Origin: a virus
Strand: one strand, 5' to 3'
Virus record (IMG/VR): IMGVR_UViG_3300042876_000902
Location: 17,969 to 81,968 of that record
Length of the DNA stretch: 64,000 nt
Shown: piece by piece, positions 57,075-64,000 of the stretch
Numbering within the stretch: the first letter of the stretch is position 1
Layout of the letters: every line of letters starts with the position of its first letter
The notes under the pieces: generated by a model
Database searches by the model: none
What the model saw: only the letters and a program-made list of their open reading frames with translations
What the model was told of the DNA's origin: nothing
Program-made: the position numbers and the translations under genes

Positions 57075-60000
57075 CTCCCCTCCCTCGCGATCCGCCTGAT
57101 CGCCACGTAGGAGCGGCCGAGCCGCCTCGCCGCGTCGGCCGCGGTCGCCCCGAACTTGATCATCGTCTTCACCCGCTCACGCTCCTCGGGTGTGATCCTG
57201 GTCCACCGGCGCCACGACGCCGGATCCCCGGTCCGCTCCATCGCCCGCTTGGCCTCCCGGCTCCGGTAGGGCATCGCCGCTCCTCAGCAGGAGGTCGAAC
57301 GCCGCGCGCCCGGCCTCGGTCAGGGGGATCCTGTTCCTGCGGCACCACTCCCGCACCCGGTCCTTCTGCGCCGCCGACAGGAAGACCTCGATCTTCTCCG
57401 GCCACTGCTTCATGGCTTCACCTCCGGCAGCTTGACGTATCGGGCGCAGCGGCAGTCCTTCGCCCAGCAGGTCCCGGTCGGCGTGTGCTCGTTCCACCGA
57501 TGCCGGCAGGCACAGCGCGGGCTGACCCGGTCCGCCGCCACCTCGAACGCCGCCGCAGCCTCCCTCCGCTTGCGCCACTCCTCCAACCACTTGAACATGC
57601 TCATGGCTCCCACCTCCTGATCCCCTCGAGCATCCCGTGCTGCGAGACGAGCACCGCCGCCGCCCAGGCGCCCCTGAGCAGGATGAACGGCAAGCAGACC
57701 GCCCCTCCCACCACGATGAAGACGAACACCGCCATCGACTCGACGCCGCGGAACACAGCGCTCACGGTGACACCTCCTCGCGCGTCGCCCCGCGGGCCAC
57801 GATAGTCTGCTCGGTGTGGTTGCACTTCGGGCAGACGAACGTCAAGGCGCGGCTCCACGTCCGCGCCTCATGCTCGGCGACGTCGACGATGCACCCGCAG
57901 GAGAGGCGGAGGTACTCGACGATCTTCAGGGGCTTCATCGGAACCTCCTCACGTGCTCGATCATCTCGAGCGTCACCTTGATGCGCAGCTTGACGTCTTC
58001 GAGGCTGCTCTTCGACCCCTCGTAGGAGATGGCCTGGAGGAGCTGCTCGTCGGTCGCCGAGCCCAGCACCTCGATGTCCGTCTCCTCCTTGATGAGGTTG
58101 ACCATCGCCTCGACGGCCTCGCGAACCACCTGCTCGCGGGTCACGGCTCGACCTCCTTGTCGGTGAACAGAGCGCCGATTGTGAACGGTCCGATGCCGAA
58201 CCCGACCCCGGGTGCATGGACGTGCCGACCTTCCGGCAAGTTGAGGATGAACCCGAGGCCGAGCTGCCTCGAGTGCCAGCTCACGAAGAACCTGCGCCAC
58301 CGCCAGATGCATCGCGTTCTCACATCACCGCTCCCTGGCCCTTGGCCACGGGCCTACCCTCTCGGTCCACGAGCAGCCACGCACCCCTCGCCATCTCGGG
58401 TGCCTCGACCACTTCGACTCCGGCCCACCACGAGCGGCTCGGGCGACCCGGCAGCTCGCGCTCCATCCAACCCCACACGTCAGGCGCGCAGATGAGCTTG
58501 GCAGGGATCCGCGAGGACTCGTCAATGACCATCTTCAGCACTTCGATGGCGCTCACGGCTTCACCTTCTCTCCGCACCACGGGCAGAAGTTCATGAGAAG
58601 CACGGAGTTCCCATCAACCTTCTTCGGGAGGCGGTAGGCGAGCCGCGATGTGCAGTCACCGCTGTCCATGTTCATGAGCGTCGTGTGGTGAATGCCAATC
58701 TGACGAGCCCCGCCGCCAGCGAGAGCGATGATCATGCCGGGGCACAGCGTCTTCTCGGTGCAGCGGTTGACTGCCTTCTCCGTGGTCATAGCTTCACCTC
58801 CGCAGGAACGCACTCCCATGCGATGCGCTTCGCCGGAGGCCTCGACGAGAGGTTGAGGTCTTCGAGCTTCGACACCCGGTACCCGGCGAGCCAGCAGGCC
58901 TCATAGGAGGTGAACGGGATCGCCACCGGGATCAACGCCTCCAGCCGATCGAGCGGTGCGTAGAGTGCCAAGATCAGGACCCACGTGCTCATGGCTTCAC
59001 CTTCTGCACCGCGACGGGGAACGGACCCTTGGCGTAGTCGTAGGCGTACGCAACCCCGTCGACGACCCTGACGGCGTAGCGGCTCGCCACCGGCCCGGTC
59101 TCGGCGAGCGCGCGGGCCACGAGGGCGACGCCGCCCGGGTGGTTGTGCTCGATCCAGGTAAGCGCGTCTTCGATGTGTCTCTGGGAGTAGCTCATCGCAG
59201 CGCCTCCAGCACCTGGTCCTCGAGCGCCACCCCGCGCCGCTTCGGCGTCGGCGAGGGCGTGATGGTGTCCATCCTCGTGCAGCTGCAGACGACCGGCGAG
59301 GCGTCGCGGCACTCGCGGAGGTCGTCGAGCAGGTAGACCACGCGCTCCTTCGCCACGAAGCGCTGAGGGTCGGTCGGGGGCGGGAGGCGGAGGCGCAGGC
59401 CGAGGGCACCGCCGAGGAGGAACGTGCCGATCAGCAGGATCACCGAGACGAGTGCGTTCCTCATCACAGCACCTCCGGTGAGAAGGGGCTCCTAGCACCA
59501 CTGAGGTTGAAGCGGGCGCCCCTGACCGCGGCGAGGCAGGACCCGCAGGGCTGGCCGTAGGCCCGGAACCCCGAGCACGTGTCGCAGGCGTAGCAGCCCG
59601 CCGCCTCGCCCTTCTCCACGTAGGTGGCGTACTGATCGCCCCGGCTCCTCGACCCGGCCACGCCCGTCTTAGCCCACTCGATCCCGATCAGGATGCCCAT
59701 GACCAGGCCGCAGGCGACCCCCAGCAGGATGGCAATGGTCATGACTCGCTCCTGCGGAAGAGCTGGGTGACGGCGACGAGGCCGAAGAGGAACGCTGCCG
59801 CGCCCACTCGGGCGATGATCCCGAGCAGCAGGAGGAGGGCGTACAGCGGCGAGAAGAGCACGAAGAACCCCAGCTCGATCGCATCCATGTGGTTGACCGT
59901 CGCCACGAAGTCGCTGGCCCCGGATGCCACGATGTCCCGGACGACCGCGACGAACCCGTCGTTGTCGCTCATGGCTAGAGCCCTCCGCGCTGACGGTTCA

Positions 60001-60424
60001 GCTCGGCCACCGCCTCGGTCATCTGCTCGAGGGTCACCTTGCATCCGGTGAGGCGCTCGTAGGCAGCGAGGCCTTCCTCCACCTCGCGACGGGCCGCGAG
60101 CTTGGACGCCACCGCCCGCTCCAGCTCGGTCGTGGCGCGCTCGACGTCGCCCTCGCAGGAGCGGAGCATGCTGACCCGACCGTTGAGGCGTCGCAGGACG
60201 TCGAGGTCCGCCGCCAGGTTGTGCTCGGGAGCGGGCTTCGGGTTGATGCACTCGCTCGAGATGGCGTGGATCCCCGAGTGATTCAGGTTGCCACACCGGC
60301 CACCGGCCACGGGCCCGTACGGCGAAGTGATGTGATGCGGGTTCATGCAGTCCGGCGAGTGCGGGTGCGGCATGCACCCATGAACCGCGTTGCTACAAAC
60401 GACCATCGGTGTTCCGTTCGACAT
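57071..60424 (-). other. Block of ~15 small hypothetical CDSs (HTH, RHH-like, TM, Zn-ribbon)
   Basis: Coupled short ORFs with RBSs. Confidence 0.5.
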
Positions 60425-60951
60425 ACACGCTCCCTCGGTTCAGCCATGACAAGGCCACGCCGCGAGGAAGCGGTGCCGTTGGACTGCGCCGTCGCCCCTC
60501 AGCCAGAGTTGCTCCCCGCGGCGCCCCACGTTCACACCCGTCAGCCACGGATGCGTTATGTAGACGTCGGTCGGGCCGGGTCACGCTTGGCTGAGGAGCG
60601 AGCACCGAGAAAGAGGAGCTGCCCGACCCGACCGACGAAGCTGGACCGTAGCCGGTCCGCCGCCAAGAAGTAAACCATCAAGATCGGATCGCTGGAACGA
60701 CTCGGAAGATGATTGTCCAGAAGAATGAGCCAGACGGGAGGGGGTGCGGTATGAGGCGGAGCCGACCCTGGTTTGGAGTGAGCACGTACGGAGCGTCGAG
60801 CGGCGGGAGAGGAGTGGCGCGGCGCGCCCATCAACGGTGAGTGTGCCAGTACGGTGCGTCCGATCAGGACTGGTAGTTGAATGCGGCGTTTTGCAGGGCT
60901 TTTCGATGTCCGCTTCAGCGGACGATCTCGAAATGTCCAACCAGTTAGGAC

Positions 60952-61256
60952 GGTTACGACGGGTTTCGACCTTGTACGTGGGGTCGTAACCGGCGATCTG
61001 ACCGCTGGGAGAGAGGGGAAACGATGTCGTGAGGTTACGACGTTTCGACTTTTCGCCAAGGTATTCCTATAGGAGGAGGGTATGTAGAGAGAGTTCTTCT
61101 CGCATATAAGTTGGAAGAAAGTCGAAACGTCGTAACCGTGCGATGCTATTTTCGTTGGCAGAGAGGGCGCTCCGCGCCGGTTACGACCTCCCGCCGCAGT
61201 CGAAACCGTCGAAACCATATCGTGAGGAAACCGCTGGGAGAGAAGCGGTTACGACT
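60952..61256. repeat. Iteron-like GGTT(A/T)CGAC array; origin-of-replication candidate
   Basis: About 10 full or partial copies in both orientations; 20-bp perfect inverted repeat 61033-61052/61118-61137 around an AT-richer spacer. Confidence 0.65.
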
Positions 61257-61435
61257 AGATTGCGGACCCACAGTCGATCCCTAGAGGGTACAAGGAGTCC
61301 CTTGTGGGTAGGGGTAGGGGTGAAATGTTTTCATCTCAGAAAACACGACGCCTTCAAACGGTGCCGTTCGGACGTTGGTGATCGTGATGACAGCCACTCC
61401 GCAGCAGCACGCTAGGATCCTCCCGAGGAGGAGAG

Positions 61436-61825
61436 ATGCCTTTCCAAGCGAAGAGGCCGTGTGCCACGCCAGGTTGTCCTGAGCGTGTGAGCAAGGGACA
61501 TTGCGAATTGCACGCGAAGAAGCGCAGGGATGAGGCTGAGGCCAGGAGGCCGAGCGCGAGCGCCAGACTGTACGGGTCTGAGTGGCGGAAGGCTGCGCGT
61601 GAGTTCCTCGAGATCAACAGGTGGTGCGTAGGGGAGGGGATCGTCGTTGATGGTGTGAAGACAGCTCGCTGCGGTGCTCGAGCGACAGTCGTCGATCACA
61701 TCCAGCCGCACAAGGGAGATCTCACGCTGTTCTGGGACAGGAGCAACTGGCAGCCGCTGTGCAAGAGATGCCATGACAGGAAGACGGCTCGCGAGGATGG
61801 GCGCTGGGAGCCGAAGGTGTACTGA
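61436..61825 (+). CDS. HNH endonuclease (terminase-associated type)
   Basis: MP..AKRPC..PGC..YG.EW..VDHIQPHKGD..FWD..NWQPLCKRCHDRKT. Confidence 0.9.
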   Translation: MPFQAKRPCATPGCPERVSKGHCELHAKKRRDEAEARRPSASARLYGSEWRKAAREFLEINRWCVGEGIVVDGVKTARCGARATVVDHIQPHKGDLTLFWDRSNWQPLCKRCHDRKTAREDGRWEPKVY

Positions 61826-62368
61826 GGCCAGGCGGTGATCGGGTGATGATCGGAGCTGGGCTTGCGAAGGCCCGGCTCTTTCATTTTGTGAAATCACAAA
61901 TTTTAAAAATTTTTTGACGTGGTTGAAGTGCATTTCCTGAATTGGATTTCATTTCAAAACGAGAGCCTCATAGGCGACTGTGCAAAAAATGGAGGCTTGT
62001 GTTTTCGATGTGTACTTGTGTTGACGCGGTGCGTCGATGCGATCGGGTAGGTCAGCCTGGACCCACCCCATTGACACTGCCCTGTGCAGGACACCCCGAA
62101 TGAGGTGCAGTGCTTGTGGGGTGCGCGACGGTGTCGCACCGCCAAAGAGGTGCGCAGCTTGTGAGTGACCCGAAGGCACTGGGTCGCCTGGACCCCACTG
62201 CACAAGCATAACACCTCACAAGAGGTGCCCACAACATCTAGTGCGCACCGGTGCGCACCTCCTGGCGGGGCACCTCCAAGGTAGTGCTGCGTGCACCTCC
62301 GAAGGGGCAAAGCGGCTCGACACCCCACAAGCACTAGTCCGTTCAACGCATTTCGCGGGGTTAGCGGC

Positions 62369-62384
62369 TGGCACGGCAATCGCA
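62369..62384 (+). promoter_or_regulatory. sigma54-type -24/-12 promoter
   Basis: TGGCACG-gcaa-TCGCA versus consensus TGGCACG-N4-TTGC. Confidence 0.55.
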
Positions 62385-62441
62385 AAGAGTTTCGCTCGTT
62401 CCCCGCCGGATAGGCCGGAGGGGACGAAACCGGAGCGTACG

Positions 62442-62543
62442 ATGTCCCCGACCGAAGGTATCGCGATGATCTCTAGCCTCCTCGGAATCCTCCCGATCGT
62501 CATCGGTCTCGGCCTCGCCGCTCTTCTCGCTACGACCCGGTAA
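62442..62543 (+). CDS. Tiny membrane peptide (start 62442 or 62466)
   Basis: MISSLLGILPIVIGLGLAALLATTR. Confidence 0.45.
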   Translation: MSPTEGIAMISSLLGILPIVIGLGLAALLATTR

Positions 62544-62564
62544 CGGGCTAGCCCCGGAGGTAGT

Positions 62565-62834
62565 ATGTCGAAGTCCTCGAAGTCGTCGAAGTCCTCGAAG
62601 CGCCCCGCCGCGAAGTCCGCCCCGAAGTCGGACGGCCTCGGCCGCCCCGGGACCGTCGCCCGGTTCTTCCGCGAGACGATTCTCGCGAAGCCCGGCCGGG
62701 AGAACGCGGAGATCGTCGCCCTCGCGAAGCGGAAGTTCCCGAAGGCCGGGATCGCCTCGCACTGGGCGTCGTGGTACCGCGCGGAGATCGTCCGGAAGGG
62801 CGCGGCGTCGCACCGCGCGGCCTACGGGGCCTAG
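62565..62834 (+). CDS. WYR-domain HTH-like protein
   Basis: GGAGG RBS; TVARFFRETI..NAEI..FPKAGI..WASWYR. Confidence 0.7.
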   Translation: MSKSSKSSKSSKRPAAKSAPKSDGLGRPGTVARFFRETILAKPGRENAEIVALAKRKFPKAGIASHWASWYRAEIVRKGAASHRAAYGA

Positions 62835-62857
62835 CGCACCTCGAAGGTAGTACACCG

Positions 62858-62891
62858 GGCCGGGGCGCGGTACGGCCCCGGCCTTTCTCTT
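62858..62891 (+). terminator. Intrinsic terminator
   Basis: ggccggggc..gccccggcc-tttctctt. Confidence 0.65.
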
Positions 62892-62912
62892 ACCCCGAAG
62901 GGAGTGCGGAAG

Positions 62913-63086
62913 ATGACCACCTCGAAGGTAGTGCGGAAAGAGACGAAGAGAGAATGGGCCCGGCGGATCGCCGCTCTCCGGGAGGCTTACCGGGCGATCG
63001 ACGCGGCGCGGGAGGCCCTAGACGCCGCGGAAGAGGCGATCGAGCGGATCGACGACGCGGACGCGGGTCTTCCGCCCCGCCGGTAG
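62913..63086 (+). CDS. Small helical hypothetical protein
   Basis: ATG after GGGAG; followed by a terminator. Confidence 0.5.
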   Translation: MTTSKVVRKETKREWARRIAALREAYRAIDAAREALDAAEEAIERIDDADAGLPPRR

Positions 63087-63112
63087 ATCACCCCCAACGC
63101 GGCACTACACGG

Positions 63113-63198
63113 AAGGGCCCCGGACGACCGGGGCCCTTTTTCGTTGACCCGAAGGTATTGTGCGAACCCCCTCGAATGCTACGTTCGAGGGGGTTTTC
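63113..63198 (+). terminator. Two tandem intrinsic terminators
   Basis: gggccccgg-acga-ccggggccc-ttttt and aaccccctcgaa..ttcgagggggtt-tt. Confidence 0.7.
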
Positions 63199-63400
63199 GC
63201 GTTCTAGGGCCCTAGCGCGAGCGCCGCGCGATCGGGAGGAGCGGGGCGCTAGGGGTCTAGCGGCTCGGTCCCGATCGCCCGCGGGCGGGGCCGCTAGGGC
63301 CCTTCCGCGCGACGTTCGCGGGAGGGATCGGGCGCCCCTTCCGCCGATCGCGAGCGCTCGCGAGCGCTAGAAGGTAGCGAGTGTGCGGGTTCCCTCGATC

Positions 63401-63515
63401 GTAGTGTCCTACACTACCTAGTGGGTGTGCCGCCAGGGCTCACCCCGTCGGTAGTGTCCTACACTACGTTCGCGGTGCTCACCCCGTTGGTAGTGTCCTA
63501 CACTACGTTCGCGGT
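63401..63515. repeat. 39-bp tandem repeat x2 plus a partial copy, containing the palindrome GTAGTGT-cct-ACACTAC (x3)
   Basis: 63438-63476 and 63477-63515 differ at one base; palindrome also at 63401. Confidence 0.85.
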
Positions 63516-64000
63516 ACGCGACGTTGCGCACCCCGTTGGCGGTGCCGCCCCGTCGGACACTACGAACGGGGCGGGTCATCGTGCGGACCCCGGGTCGTGC
63601 TAACCCGGTCATTTTATTGAAGTGTCCCGATCGGGTCGTGTAGGTCGTGCGCGACCCCGGGTCGATGCGCCCGACCCACCTCGTGCGAGGTGCCGTGCAC
63701 TACCTTCGAGGTGGGCACGCCTCCACCCCGTCGGAGGTGCGCAAGAGTGCGCAGACCTGCTCAGGTCCGCAGTACACAAAGGGTGGGTCCGCCAGGCCTC
63801 ACCTGGTCTGTGCAGTACACAAGTGCGACACCTCCAAAGAGGTGTGAACACAAACCGCACAACATTGGCACAGCACCTCTTTCGCGGCAGCCAGGTCGCG
63901 GCACCTCACAAGAGGTGTAGAACAACTCCACACCCCAGGTGTACCGCCCTGTGCAGGGTGGGTGGGGTACACCTCACTTTGTGAACACTTCACGTGAGAC

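Larger units (their letters stand above)
62092..63917. repeat. Array of ~15 CACCTC-N4-GAGGTG-type 16-bp palindromes
   Basis: Copies at 62092, 62137, 62212, 62271, 62837, 62891, 62918, 63441, 63480, 63529, 63677, 63698, 63724, 63829, 63902. Confidence 0.8.

Noticed and set aside
60556-61415. ORFs across the origin-like region
   Set aside because: Atypical codon usage, no RBS, and dominated by iteron repeats
63401-63515. Palindromic repeats as a mini-CRISPR array
   Set aside because: The sequence between palindromes is itself repeated (39-bp tandem), the spacers are not unique and there is no cas operon
1-64000. Reverse transcriptase/DGR, integrase, transposase, intein or stop-codon recoding
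   Set aside because: No such motifs were seen, and genes close normally under the standard code

Overview
A 64-kb segment of a high-GC (~68-70% by eye) tailed dsDNA phage genome, probably siphovirus-like. The host is probably a Gram-negative bacterium, possibly Myxococcota (inferred from a KGG-repeat stress protein, an RpoH-like sigma factor and a sigma54-type promoter). 1-12.6 kb (+): beta-helix spike, a Thr-rich mucin-like mini-protein, two multidomain glycosyltransferase/methyltransferase fusions, two tandem distal-tail paralogs, hub, NlpC/P60, central fibre and lysis genes. 12.7-60.4 kb (-): nucleotide and DNA metabolism (dCMP deaminase, a ThyA-fold enzyme with the dCMP-type Asp, two dNMP kinases, ThyX, two MazG-like enzymes, SNF2 helicase, VRR-NUC, exonuclease, PolA, SSB, ligase, primase-helicase, sigma factor, DNA methyltransferases, RmlB) plus many small early ORFs. 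60.4-64 kb: an iteron-bearing origin candidate, an HNH nuclease and a small + strand cassette. Most striking: (i) islands almost devoid of CA/TG dinucleotides, bordered by a repeated CACCTC-N4-GAGGTG-type palindrome and CA-rich blocks, possibly the footprint of a context-specific base modification; (ii) a probable cytosine-modification pathway; (iii) a glycosylation cassette inside the tail module; (iv) a ~0.8-kb hairpin-dense candidate ncRNA; (v) four dispersed paralogs of a 'WYR' DNA-binding domain. All calls are motif recognition by eye; no searches or computations were run.
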